From a virus, in IMG/VR virus record IMGVR_UViG_3300032214_000528, positions 32,001-96,000 of that record: DNA of 64,000 bases, one strand, 5' to 3'. Positions within the stretch are counted from its first letter, which is position 1; the number at the start of each line of letters is the position of its first letter. Under the pieces are notes generated by a model that saw nothing but the letters and a program-made list of their open reading frames with translations, had not been told where the DNA came from and did no database searches. A program made the position numbers and the translations under genes. Positions 9,288-18,667 of the stretch are shown here, one piece after another.

Positions 9288-9525
9288 TTGCATTTTCTGC
9301 AGCCTCTCTTTCAGAATCTTCATCATAAAGCGGGGTTCCCCTCATTACATCTTTAGTGCAAACTCCATATGCTTCGCAGTTAGGAGGTAGACACTCTGGG
9401 CTTTCCCAGTTGGCTGGATCCTGACATGGATAGCGATAAATGTCCTCAAAGTTGTATTTGCCACAAGAGGTAAGCGCAAGGCATAGCCCTAGTACAGCAA
9501 CAAGTTTAGCGAGTGTCCAATTCAC
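9277..9525 (-). CDS. Cys-rich lipoprotein
   Basis: Signal peptide with lipobox LTSC; YRYPCQDPANWESPECLPPNCEAYGVC. Confidence 0.75.
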   Translation of the reverse strand: MNWTLAKLVAVLGLCLALTSCGKYNFEDIYRYPCQDPANWESPECLPPNCEAYGVCTKDVMRGTPLYDEDSEREAAENANAK

Positions 9526-9529
9526 CTAT

Positions 9530-9763
9530 TCATTTTACAGGAAAGTTTTCAGCGTCATCTGCAAGAAGATTGTCATAAATGTCAGAAGGAACCCTGTGAC
9601 CTGCCTCTTCGTGCTCCTTGAGGTGGTCAATCATTGCTTGAGTGTTGGTAGCGCCAAAACCAGACTGCTCCAAACGAGGGTCTAGCCAGCAAGCGCAACA
9701 GTATAAATAATCAGATGCCATGAAGACATAGACATCTGCTTCGATGAATCGTGAGTAAGCCAT
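9530..9763 (-). CDS. Small hypothetical protein (start MAYSRF at 9763)
   Basis: MAYSRFIEADVYVF..YCCACWL..HLKEH; the longer ORF-track N-terminus overlaps the repeat and the divergent gene. Confidence 0.6.
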   Translation of the reverse strand: MAYSRFIEADVYVFMASDYLYCCACWLDPRLEQSGFGATNTQAMIDHLKEHEEAGHRVPSDIYDNLLADDAENFPVK

Positions 9764-9787
9764 ATAGAGATTATAGCCGAAGTTGTA

Positions 9788-9862
9788 TTTTCCGGGCGTC
9801 CACTCCGTTAACTGCAGAGGAGGGAGAAATCCGGGGAAGGGGGTTGTGTGTTTTTTGTCTTG
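9788..9862. repeat. Dispersed ~75-bp element, copy 3
   Basis: First 24 bp identical to copy 2 (TTTTCCGGGCGTCCACTCCGTTAA). Confidence 0.8.
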
Positions 9863-9881
9863 TTTCGTGTAGTATCTGGGT

Positions 9882-10595
9882 ATGAGTAACTTGGTTAAGT
9901 TTGTAGATAGATATGGCAATACCCCTAAGCACTTATACCCTGTACCAGCTAAGGATATTCTGCCAGACTGGTACAAGGCAACTACTAGCCACTATCAAAA
10001 CAAAAAGAAGATCTACGGAAAAGATATGACTTCTGGTTTAACATCAGGCACAGTTAAAAAATGTATTCCTGTTTTTGATGCTCTTACAGCAGGATACATC
10101 ATTGTGACAACTGTAGACATAAGTGTTACAAGCAATTATGGAGAGAGCGAGTTTACTTGGTCTTCTGAAGGAGCAGCACTAGGCACTCATCCTATAGGGC
10201 AAGCAGACCTACACCCCTATGTCAGTGGTGATAAGAGAATTATGAAATTTGCTAATCCGTGGGGGATTCAAACCCCTAAAGGATATTCCTGTCTTTTTAT
10301 CCCCCCTGTTCATAGAGAGTCTGTTTTTAAAATTCTTGAGGGGGTTGTTGATACTGATACCTATTTAAATCCTGTAGAGCTTCCTTTTGTTTTGACTGAT
10401 CGTAATTTTAACGGGATTATCCCTGCTGGAACCCCTATGGCACAAGTGATTCCTTTCAAACGGGAGTCATATAGGATGGAGATATCTTTTGCACAAGAGG
10501 ATATAGAAAAGCAAAAAGGCATCTTTAGAGATATTAGATCAACGTTTTTTAATAGCTATAAGGATAGATTTTGGTCTAAGAAGAACTACAGCTGA
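9882..10595 (+). CDS. DUF6065-like / dUTPase-fold phage protein
   Basis: KKCIPVFDALTAGY, NPWGIQTPKGYSCLF, GVVDTD, GTPMAQVIPFKR. Confidence 0.6.
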   Translation: MSNLVKFVDRYGNTPKHLYPVPAKDILPDWYKATTSHYQNKKKIYGKDMTSGLTSGTVKKCIPVFDALTAGYIIVTTVDISVTSNYGESEFTWSSEGAALGTHPIGQADLHPYVSGDKRIMKFANPWGIQTPKGYSCLFIPPVHRESVFKILEGVVDTDTYLNPVELPFVLTDRNFNGIIPAGTPMAQVIPFKRESYRMEISFAQEDIEKQKGIFRDIRSTFFNSYKDRFWSKKNYS

Positions 10596-10633
10596 GAAAG
10601 TAGGAGTTTCTTATTTAGGATAGAGTTTTACCT

Positions 10634-10879
10634 ATGAGTGAAGACGATATCCCAGAGGATAATTTGGATGACCTTGAGTTTGAGGGTATGACCCCTCTAG
10701 ACCAAGACGCTGCCAATATGCATGAAATGTTTGAGTCCTTGAAAAGAGCTGGGTTTACTGATCGTCAAGCTCTTCAATTAGTTGCTTTTCTTGTTGAAGA
10801 AAGTGGTAATGGAGGAGCCAATATTGAATTTGTCGCTGACCCAAATATGTTCCCAGACGACGAAGACGACGATCAATGA
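10634..10879 (+). CDS. Acidic hypothetical protein
   Basis: 81 aa; leaderless TAGAGT promoter. Confidence 0.65.
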   Translation: MSEDDIPEDNLDDLEFEGMTPLDQDAANMHEMFESLKRAGFTDRQALQLVAFLVEESGNGGANIEFVADPNMFPDDEDDDQ

Positions 10880-11148
10880 TTGAACCGACTCCCGAAGAAG
10901 AAGCTCTAGTTGAAATGCTTTTAGAGGCTGGGGCTCTTTATATTGGTGGGGTTGATGAGAATGGTAAAGAACTTTATTTTATGGACCCTCCTGTGATGAA
11001 GGAGGTCTGTCCACCCTTTTATGATTTGTGGATGCGTGATTTAGATGATGGTCTTATGGAGCTATTTAAGCTGGGACTTCTAGATGTTAACTATGATGAG
11101 AGTTTGAAGCCACGGTTTTCTGTTAGGACTATGCCCTTAGAAGATTAA
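10876..11148 (+). CDS. Hypothetical protein
   Basis: 90 aa; ATGA overlap. Confidence 0.65.
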   Translation: MIEPTPEEEALVEMLLEAGALYIGGVDENGKELYFMDPPVMKEVCPPFYDLWMRDLDDGLMELFKLGLLDVNYDESLKPRFSVRTMPLED

Positions 11149-11164
11149 ATGGTAGGGTTCAAGC

Positions 11165-12733
11165 ATGATACAGACAAGAAAACTTGAAAAAATTACCGTA
11201 GTAGGCGGTGGAACTGCAGGTTGGTTAACTGCACTATACGTCAAAACATGCTTACCTGATTCAGAAGTAACTCTTATTGAGTCAGAGGAAATTGGTATCT
11301 TAGGGGCTGGTGAAGGGTCTACTCCTCACCTAGTCTACTTATTAGATCTTGTTGGTATTCCTGTTTCTAGGGTTATCAAAGAAACTGGTGCGACTATAAA
11401 GACTGGTATTAAATTCACTAATTGGAATAATGATGGTGAATTTTATTATCACGGGTTTGCAATGAGAGAGGGTTTTGGATTTAACTCTGTACAGATAAAC
11501 CCCCTTGCTTTATCGACATTATCTACATATGTTAGCAATGCTGTAAAGAATGAAAAGCTTGGCTTAGTTGACATGTCAGAAAAACTAGGGGAAAGCAATA
11601 AAGTTCCGTTTACTGTTAATAGAGATGCTCCAGCAGATGTCTCTAACACTATATTTAAGTTTAATAACTACGGAGATTTTTCTCTGCACTTTGATGCAAA
11701 AAAGCTAGCAGAGCTATTGAGATCTATTGGAGAAGACCGTGGTATTAAAAGAATTGAAGGGATTGTAGCCTCGACAGAAGAAGACTCGTATGGTGATATA
11801 AAAACAATTACACTGGAGTCTGGTGAAAAGGGAGAGACTGATTTTGTTTTTGACTGCACTGGTTTTGCGAGATTCCTTATTGGAAAAAAGTTTAAGTCTG
11901 AGTGGGACAGCTACTCAGAATATCTGCCTGTAAATGCAGCAATTCCTTTTTTCTTACCTGCTAACGAAAACAACACTCCTCCATACACAGAAGCAATAGC
12001 TATGAAGTATGGTTGGATTTGGAAGATTCCTCTACAACACAGGTTTGGTTGTGGATATGTCTACGACTCTAGTTTAATAACTGAAAAACAAGCTATGGAA
12101 GAAATAGAAGACTATCTTGGTTTTGAACCAGAGTATCCTAGAAAAGACAAAGGTGGCTTTAAATTTAGCGCAGGGTCATATAAACAACCTTGGATTAAAA
12201 ATTGTATTGCTGTAGGACTATCTTCTGGATTTATTGAGCCACTAGAGGCAACTTCTATTTGGGTAAGTATTATGTCTCTTAGAGAAGCGCTCTCTAACGT
12301 AGAGCTTATGACACTTAAAGACGATAGAGTTTCAGATGAATATAACTCTTACATGCAAAAAATTAATGAAGAAGTTCGTAACTTTGTATACTTTCACTAC
12401 ATGTCTAATAGAAATGACACGGAGTTTTGGGAAAAGTTCTCTGACTATAATAAAGCTCCAGAAGGAGTTAAAACTATTGTGAATAAGTGGTCCTATAGAC
12501 CTCCTAGAGTAGAAGATAAGTACGGTATTTTCTGGACTATTGAAAGTTGGTACGCGGTAGGTTGTGGAATTAACTTAGTTGATAAAGAAGTTATAAAGCG
12601 ATCTTACACTCATGCAGATGTGAGTAAGTGGGCTTTTGGTCAATATGGAGATTTAAAAGCAAAACAAGATGATGCTGTTAAACATTTTATGGACCACTCG
12701 CAATTCATAGAAGAGCTTAAGCATGAAATTTAG
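11165..12733 (+). CDS. Flavin-dependent (tryptophan-halogenase family) halogenase
   Basis: GGGTAGW FAD motif, GEGSTP, ATIKTGIKF (catalytic Lys region), WIWKIPL (WxWxIP), FIEPLEATSI. Confidence 0.92.
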   Translation: MIQTRKLEKITVVGGGTAGWLTALYVKTCLPDSEVTLIESEEIGILGAGEGSTPHLVYLLDLVGIPVSRVIKETGATIKTGIKFTNWNNDGEFYYHGFAMREGFGFNSVQINPLALSTLSTYVSNAVKNEKLGLVDMSEKLGESNKVPFTVNRDAPADVSNTIFKFNNYGDFSLHFDAKKLAELLRSIGEDRGIKRIEGIVASTEEDSYGDIKTITLESGEKGETDFVFDCTGFARFLIGKKFKSEWDSYSEYLPVNAAIPFFLPANENNTPPYTEAIAMKYGWIWKIPLQHRFGCGYVYDSSLITEKQAMEEIEDYLGFEPEYPRKDKGGFKFSAGSYKQPWIKNCIAVGLSSGFIEPLEATSIWVSIMSLREALSNVELMTLKDDRVSDEYNSYMQKINEEVRNFVYFHYMSNRNDTEFWEKFSDYNKAPEGVKTIVNKWSYRPPRVEDKYGIFWTIESWYAVGCGINLVDKEVIKRSYTHADVSKWAFGQYGDLKAKQDDAVKHFMDHSQFIEELKHEI

Positions 12734-13007
12734 AACACAGTGGATAACCGCCTTAGGATCGATGAAGAAAAAAGAATATTGGAATTTACCTAATACAGTA
12801 GAATTTGCTGCTTTTATGACTAAAGCTGCAATTATTGTTCCCGGTCTTTTATTTGATACTCAACTGTGGTGGCTCTATATAGTTGCTCTTCTCACAAGCA
12901 TATCTTTAGTTTGGTCATCTACAGTCAAAACCTTGCCTACTATCATTTGGTTTAATATTTTATGGAGTGGTTTAGCTATTGCTGCTATCGCTAAGCATTT
13001 TATCTAA
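12723..13007 (+). CDS. Small multi-TM membrane protein
   Basis: 94 aa, about 3 hydrophobic segments, overlaps halogenase stop. Confidence 0.7.
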   Translation: MKFRTQWITALGSMKKKEYWNLPNTVEFAAFMTKAAIIVPGLLFDTQLWWLYIVALLTSISLVWSSTVKTLPTIIWFNILWSGLAIAAIAKHFI

Positions 13008-13225
13008 GAGTCTCTAACTATTTTTGCAACATATTTTAAAACTTCGTCTGGTCTCCATGATGGATCTATCTTTGAATTTTCAATCTTATCTGCTAGGTCT
13101 TTTTTAAATTGAGCATGACCCCACCCAAACTTAGGCTCCAGCATATGAGTAACCTTGTCTCTAACTACCCCATTTACTCTTTCATACTCTTTTAACATTA
13201 CTGCAGCAAATCTAGGAGACAACAT
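13004..13225 (-). CDS. Hypothetical protein
   Basis: 73 aa ORF. Confidence 0.5.
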   Translation of the reverse strand: MLSPRFAAVMLKEYERVNGVVRDKVTHMLEPKFGWGHAQFKKDLADKIENSKIDPSWRPDEVLKYVAKIVRDS

Positions 13226-13625
13226 CTGACTCCTCCATCTTCATAGTCTCGTGCTCGACGTCGTTGTTAGCAGAGTAAAGTTTATAGGTAGTTCCACCAT
13301 TATTAGAAAATGCGTCACGATTGCGAATGCTCTGCCATAGGTCATCGCCAATCTGTACCCACTCCCTAGGCTCATTTGTAAGTGGAGCAAGGTTCTCGTA
13401 GCGCAGTAAACGATTGAGAGTTCCTATGCAATGATCTGTTGCTTCTGGACCTAACTGCATAATGTTGAATGCTTCAATGACAGAGACGTACCAAAGAATA
13501 ATCTTTGCATCCTCTTGAATAAGACTTAGCTCGCCAATTGCATGCTTAGACAGATCCGATAAATTCGTGGGAATAACTCCACCTTTCGTTGTTGAGCTCC
13601 CAACGACTTTTCGTTGCTTTCCCAT
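13212..13625 (-). CDS. Hypothetical phage protein (start uncertain)
   Basis: LSKHAIGEL...LTNEPREW...LWQSIRNRDAFS pattern. Confidence 0.6.
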   Translation of the reverse strand: MGKQRKVVGSSTTKGGVIPTNLSDLSKHAIGELSLIQEDAKIILWYVSVIEAFNIMQLGPEATDHCIGTLNRLLRYENLAPLTNEPREWVQIGDDLWQSIRNRDAFSNNGGTTYKLYSANNDVEHETMKMEESDVVS

Positions 13626-14622
13626 CTGTCCTCCTCATATGGTTCTTTGATGTTGGTTTCCACACTGATGATTGGTCTCGATACTCACCTAGTCGTGGAT
13701 GCGATGTCTTTGAAAAGAATCGCTTTCCATTCTCTGTGTAATGTCGAGCTACTGCTTCGGAGATGCGTGGTCCAAAACCGAAACCCTGATAGTCAGGATG
13801 TACGACAAGTCTATGCTCTCTGAAAGCATTTTGCACAGTACCAGAGGGATAGGCCATGACGGATGCAAAACCTACTAACTGTCCTTCCCAGAGAGCCATG
13901 TAGTTGTGTGAGGCTTTGTTGAGCGACTCGGAGAGATAGTGATGCTTAGCGAAGTAGCTCCAAAGTAAGTTTGAGCAAGGGAATATTTCGAGTACCAGTT
14001 CAGGTCGTTGAAGATACCTCCCCGAGGTCCACTCGCCACGATCAGTATCAATTACCCAATCTGGTTCCAGAAACTCAAGGATGTCACGATGCACTGTTGC
14101 AAGAACTATCCCCTTAATCTTATTCTTACGAACATAGCGAGCCATAGAAGTTGATGCTGCCTTTGCAACATTGCGATCAATTACTGATGTGTATTCATCA
14201 ATAACTGCTCCACTACGAAGTGAACGAGCAAGTCCTGCTCTAAACTGCTGGCCATTAGATAAAGCATGAAATGGTTTGATCCACTCTGGAACGCTCATAA
14301 GTCCTGCAGCAGAAAGTCTTTCATTTGCTTTTTCTGGTGTTCCAAAGTGAGATGCAATAGATTTCTTTGAGTCCCAGATAAGGGTTGATGGTGAACCAAA
14401 AGACTTAAGAAGTGTTGACTTACCTGTACCAGATGCTCCAACAATAACGCCAATACCGAAGTCTTTAGGTAAATCGTCTGGGATTAAATATGGATAGAAA
14501 ACCTCTGTACCAGTTGATACATAATCAAAAGGACGAATAAGATCTTGAGTAAGCTCATCCATTTCTACGCTTGATGTGAGAGGAGAATCTGATCTATTTA
14601 ATTTAAACCATTCCTCACTCAT
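13546..14622 (-). CDS. ABC-type ATPase fused to GNAT acetyltransferase
   Basis: GASGTGKS Walker A, LSNGQ signature, IDEY Walker B; C-terminal RLVVHPDYQGFGFG acetyl-CoA motif. Confidence 0.88.
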   Translation of the reverse strand: MSEEWFKLNRSDSPLTSSVEMDELTQDLIRPFDYVSTGTEVFYPYLIPDDLPKDFGIGVIVGASGTGKSTLLKSFGSPSTLIWDSKKSIASHFGTPEKANERLSAAGLMSVPEWIKPFHALSNGQQFRAGLARSLRSGAVIDEYTSVIDRNVAKAASTSMARYVRKNKIKGIVLATVHRDILEFLEPDWVIDTDRGEWTSGRYLQRPELVLEIFPCSNLLWSYFAKHHYLSESLNKASHNYMALWEGQLVGFASVMAYPSGTVQNAFREHRLVVHPDYQGFGFGPRISEAVARHYTENGKRFFSKTSHPRLGEYRDQSSVWKPTSKNHMRRTDGKATKSRWELNNERWSYSHEFIGSV

Positions 14623-15397
14623 CTGGCACTAGGTTTTCTTTAATGATCTTTGCAACAATCTTATGTGTCTTTGTTTCTTTAAATTGTTTGTACCTATCTA
14701 CAAGAGGAGCGAAAGGACCAAATGTGTATCTATATGATCTACAAGCTGCTGTTATAGATTGAAGTTCATCATTAACAATAAAACGCTTAAGGACAACATT
14801 TCTTGTTGTATTGAACTTTGCATAAAATAGAGGATCATCTTTGTCAATTTTAAGTTCGTTCACGTTCTCCCAGAGCTGGATATCAGTATTGATCTCTCTA
14901 AACCAACCGCCAATATTAAAAGCACCACCAACAAAAGCACCTTGCTGCATATATGTTGCTTTATGGAAATACGGGGAAGTAACCTCCATTTGAAGATCTT
15001 CTTCACAGAAAAACAAATATGACAAAGAGTAATTAACAATCAATGACTTATTTAAACTTGGAGGTCTTCTTACAGATGCACCAATAGCGTTCTCGATCCG
15101 AGACATTAACTGTCCTCTGTAAGGATCCCAAAACAAATCAGCATCTCTAGAGTTATGAAATAGGTAAGTGTTCCTATGAAAATCAGACACAGCTGGGCAG
15201 TATAGGTAGCTATCTTGCTTAATCTCTTTATTTCTACGACTTTTAAGTTCCTCTAAACTATTTATAGGATCTCTATAAGACATATTCCAATTTACGTTGT
15301 GTGCCCAGTAGTCTGGGTCAGTTATCTCTGGTTCTGCGACTGGGAGTTTAAATGATGGCGCCCAGTAAACTATAAGGTCTTTTTCTTTTTTAGACAC
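14615..15397 (-). CDS. Hypothetical protein, paralog of 15397-16170
   Basis: Shared YW.P, YL.CPA, P.FH, IG.WFR, F..D.PLFY, LKRF motifs. Confidence 0.75.
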   Translation of the reverse strand: MSKKEKDLIVYWAPSFKLPVAEPEITDPDYWAHNVNWNMSYRDPINSLEELKSRRNKEIKQDSYLYCPAVSDFHRNTYLFHNSRDADLFWDPYRGQLMSRIENAIGASVRRPPSLNKSLIVNYSLSYLFFCEEDLQMEVTSPYFHKATYMQQGAFVGGAFNIGGWFREINTDIQLWENVNELKIDKDDPLFYAKFNTTRNVVLKRFIVNDELQSITAACRSYRYTFGPFAPLVDRYKQFKETKTHKIVAKIIKENLVPDE

Positions 15398-16170
15398 TAT
15401 CCCTCCAATAAATTCTTTTTAATTTCCTTCAAAACAATCTCTCTACTGCTTGTCTTATTAAACAGCTCGTATCGTTTTTCAAGAGACGGTTCGTTATGAT
15501 GACTATTGATTAAGTTTCTCGTAATCACGGAAAGAGTGTCTGTATATACAAAACGTTTTAATATGATGTCTCTATCTGTGTTAAAGCTAATATAGAACAA
15601 AGGTTCGTTGTCTTCAAAGACTAAACGTCCTTTAGGCTCCCAGAGTTGAAGTTCAAAGTTAAAAGGTCTAAACCAACTTCCAATGTCATATTGTCCTGGA
15701 ACAGGGGTAGCGTAGTTTAAATACTTGGGTCTATGAAACATTGGTGGAGTTATCTCTGCATTAATTGACTCTTCTGAGAAGAAAAGCCACCTTAGCTGCA
15801 TATCAACTGTTGGCTTATCCATCAAAGCGGGAGCTCTTCTTACTGCAAAGTTTAAATGCCTTTCTTGCTCTGGCATAAAAGTAGAATCATTCCTATCCCT
15901 AAGATCATATGTGTATGAGCATGCAATAGCATTATAGAAAACAAAAGTCTTTTTAAAAGTATTTTTTGCTGCTGGACAAGATAAATATGTTGTTGGACCA
16001 CGCTGAGGATTTTTCTCAGCCATAAGGTCAGAATGAAGACTTTTTGGATCTGAATAAATTAAATGCCCGTGAGTGTTGTTCCAGTCTTCTGCTGAAGCAT
16101 CCTCTACAGCACCGGGAGTCCAATAGATAACTAATGGCTTTTTTTCGTCATCTGTCTTTTTAAAGTCCAT
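15397..16170 (-). CDS. Hypothetical protein, paralog of 14615-15397
   Basis: Same motifs; leaderless TATGCT promoter. Confidence 0.75.
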   Translation of the reverse strand: MDFKKTDDEKKPLVIYWTPGAVEDASAEDWNNTHGHLIYSDPKSLHSDLMAEKNPQRGPTTYLSCPAAKNTFKKTFVFYNAIACSYTYDLRDRNDSTFMPEQERHLNFAVRRAPALMDKPTVDMQLRWLFFSEESINAEITPPMFHRPKYLNYATPVPGQYDIGSWFRPFNFELQLWEPKGRLVFEDNEPLFYISFNTDRDIILKRFVYTDTLSVITRNLINSHHNEPSLEKRYELFNKTSSREIVLKEIKKNLLEG

Positions 16171-16247
16171 ATCTAGAGCATACTGGACTAGAAAAAGAAA
16201 AACAAGCGGTAGGTTGCATCTTTCTTAATTCTGTGTATGATAGAGAT

Positions 16248-16991
16248 ATGATTAATCAGGGAAACGACGTTCCAGAGAAGACAATTGCAGTCTTTATGAA
16301 GAAGCAAAACGGTCCTGTCAATGAAGAAAGAGTTCGTGGTATCTTACAAAAACCAGATAAGAAAAGGGATTGGTTTACCCCTAACTTTTATAGGTGTCTT
16401 CCACTTATTATAGGAAACACTTATGGGTATGTTTTAACTGCAGAATACGAGTTTAGCGTTGTGTGGGACGGTGGAGAAGGTCCCGAGTCTGTAAAAATTA
16501 CAACTCCTGATGAGGACTACCTTAAAAAGTTCCCTCTTGTTACTTCACACTTTGGATCTGGGATTGTCACTATAAGCGCTCCTTGGGTACTTAGAACCCC
16601 TCCGGGAGTAAACCTTATGACTATCAACCCACCTAACCATATTCTTCCAGCGATTACTGTTATGACTGGTGTAGTAGAGACAGATAACTCTCGTGTTGAT
16701 TTCACTTTTAATATGAAAATTCAGCTTCCAAATGTAGAAATAACATTCCCGGTTGGAGAACCATTAACGGGAATCATACCTATACCTAGATACTATGCTG
16801 ATGAGTTTGAGTTGAAGATGGCAGAAGATATTTTCTCTCAGGAACTGGTGCAGGAAGAAGCAGATGCTACTATTAGATCAGATATAAAAAGGTCTCAGCA
16901 TATACACAATGACCCTCCTATCTTTGACAAAGAGTATATGAGAGGTGTTGATACCTATGGAAATAAATTCCCCGACCATCAAAAGAAATAA
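16248..16991 (+). CDS. DUF6065-like / dUTPase-fold phage protein
   Basis: RCLPLIIGNTYGY, PWVLRTPPG, GVVETD, GEPLTGIIPIPR; resembles 9882-10595. Confidence 0.65.
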   Translation: MINQGNDVPEKTIAVFMKKQNGPVNEERVRGILQKPDKKRDWFTPNFYRCLPLIIGNTYGYVLTAEYEFSVVWDGGEGPESVKITTPDEDYLKKFPLVTSHFGSGIVTISAPWVLRTPPGVNLMTINPPNHILPAITVMTGVVETDNSRVDFTFNMKIQLPNVEITFPVGEPLTGIIPIPRYYADEFELKMAEDIFSQELVQEEADATIRSDIKRSQHIHNDPPIFDKEYMRGVDTYGNKFPDHQKK

Positions 16992-17002
16992 AAGGTAGAA
17001 AA

Positions 17003-17305
17003 ATGAAATGCAGCTTTTGCTCTTATAATCATAAGCCAGATAATCCTCAGTTTCTAAAGGCTCACGCTGAACTTGATATTCTTGAAGGAAAGACAGGTGG
17101 AGTTGTTCCTGTAGTTGTTTGGAGAGATGGTGAGTTTTTATTGGTGTCAAAAGAAAATGATGGAGAAACTGTTTACTCTATTGGTTTAGTAGACCCTAGA
17201 CCTTTAGTGGAAGACGAAGAGACAATCAGAAAAAGAAGAGAATATGACGCTTCCGTCACTAAAGAAGAAGAAGAAGTGGTAGCAGATACTCCTAGCGAGT
17301 CTTAG
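17003..17305 (+). CDS. Hypothetical protein
   Basis: 100 aa, N-terminal CSFC. Confidence 0.55.
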   Translation: MKCSFCSYNHKPDNPQFLKAHAELDILEGKTGGVVPVVVWRDGEFLLVSKENDGETVYSIGLVDPRPLVEDEETIRKRREYDASVTKEEEEVVADTPSES

Positions 17306-17514
17306 TCTTCTATAAAATCTGACTCGTCAAAGATGTCAGTTGCTTTTTCCACAAGTGCATCTTCATACTTAACAAAGTGGTGGTTGCAAAAGAACAAGTC
17401 TCCATAAGGAAATTGAACTAAATAATAAGCTTTAGCTTGACAGCTATCGCAACGGTCTTGTGGTCCAATTGCTTTGATAGGTTCAAGCGTTGGAGTCGGG
17501 GTTAAAGGTTCCAT
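17302..17514 (-). CDS. Small actinobacterial-type Cys/His protein
   Basis: DRCDSCQAKAY...LFFCNHH. Confidence 0.7.
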   Translation of the reverse strand: MEPLTPTPTLEPIKAIGPQDRCDSCQAKAYYLVQFPYGDLFFCNHHFVKYEDALVEKATDIFDESDFIED

Positions 17515-17722
17515 ACAACTCCTTACATGTAGGACAAATTGGAAACTTTTCTGGATCCCTAGACGGCACCCACTTCTTACCGCACAAAGCTATCACAGGT
17601 GTTCCTTCAACCATAGCTCTAACTGCTTCACCTTTTTCAACATAGTGAGCAAACCTCTCATGGTCACCATCTCCATAAGACAGTTGTGTATCGAGAATCG
17701 TGTCATAGAGAGGTTCGCTCAT
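17483..17722 (-). CDS. DUF3039-like protein
   Basis: GDHERFAHYV..G.PVIALCGKKWVPSRDPEKFPICPTCKE. Confidence 0.88.
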   Translation of the reverse strand: MSEPLYDTILDTQLSYGDGDHERFAHYVEKGEAVRAMVEGTPVIALCGKKWVPSRDPEKFPICPTCKELYGTFNPDSNA

Positions 17723-17731
17723 AGATATATT

Positions 17732-18667
17732 TTATCCCTTAATTGGTAGTAATGACTTTAATACTGTTTCCTGTGGCAGTATTGCTATATGAGATGAAAC
17801 ATCTTTACTTCCGTAACTAATAAGGAAATTATCTCCCTGTGTAGTTAAACCTGCTGCAAACTCTACGCCACGATTCTCGAATATAAAGCCTCGTGAAAGA
17901 GCGATTAGCTTGCCTTTTTCATCATACTTTGCAAAGTAATGAACATAAAATCTATGAGTATTATTTAATATAATTCTAGTAAATAATCTGTGAACAACTG
18001 CTAGATAACTTCCATCTTCTAACGGATAAAGATTACTATTACCTCTAAGGGATGCAATCTGTTGATTGTCAGTAAGATGTGTTGTCATCTTGTTTCCCTT
18101 AATAGTTGAATTTGGACCATAGATCCAATCAAAATATTCATTAGGTTCAGGAGATAACATCCAGTTTTTCTCTGGTTTGTTTGCGTCCATTCCTTCGAAC
18201 TTCTCGAGGGACTCTATTGATCTTAGGTTATTGCTAAGACGACAGATAGCCATACGAGCTTTTTCTGTATGACCCTTCTCCATAGTCACGCAGGTAAAGT
18301 GCCATGCACCATCACGATAGAAAAGCTTCGGGTCTTCTAAACCACGGCGTAACGGTCCTTGCTCTGAAAGAGCATCTACATCAAGAAGACGCAAGTCAGT
18401 AAGTTTGTAGGTTTTTGGGTCAATCTCGGATATGTAAATCTTGCTGCGAATAAAGTCACCAGAAACAACTTGATAAGCACCCAATGGGTTGATGACATAG
18501 TTGCCAGAGCGAAGCATTCCAACATATCCAGTGGACTCGTGATAGCCAATAGATAAGTTAGTAGCAGACCACTCTTTAATATTTGGGTCAGCTAATCGAC
18601 GAACATTCTTAATCTCTCCACCTAGCTGATGGATCGTGGGTGCACTCTTCTCATCTTCAATCTGCAT
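17732..18667 (-). CDS. Glycoside hydrolase-like beta-propeller (GH130/GH43 clan-like)
   Basis: GLEDPKLF, PEKNWM, VEFAAGL motifs. Confidence 0.6.
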   Translation of the reverse strand: MQIEDEKSAPTIHQLGGEIKNVRRLADPNIKEWSATNLSIGYHESTGYVGMLRSGNYVINPLGAYQVVSGDFIRSKIYISEIDPKTYKLTDLRLLDVDALSEQGPLRRGLEDPKLFYRDGAWHFTCVTMEKGHTEKARMAICRLSNNLRSIESLEKFEGMDANKPEKNWMLSPEPNEYFDWIYGPNSTIKGNKMTTHLTDNQQIASLRGNSNLYPLEDGSYLAVVHRLFTRIILNNTHRFYVHYFAKYDEKGKLIALSRGFIFENRGVEFAAGLTTQGDNFLISYGSKDVSSHIAILPQETVLKSLLPIKG

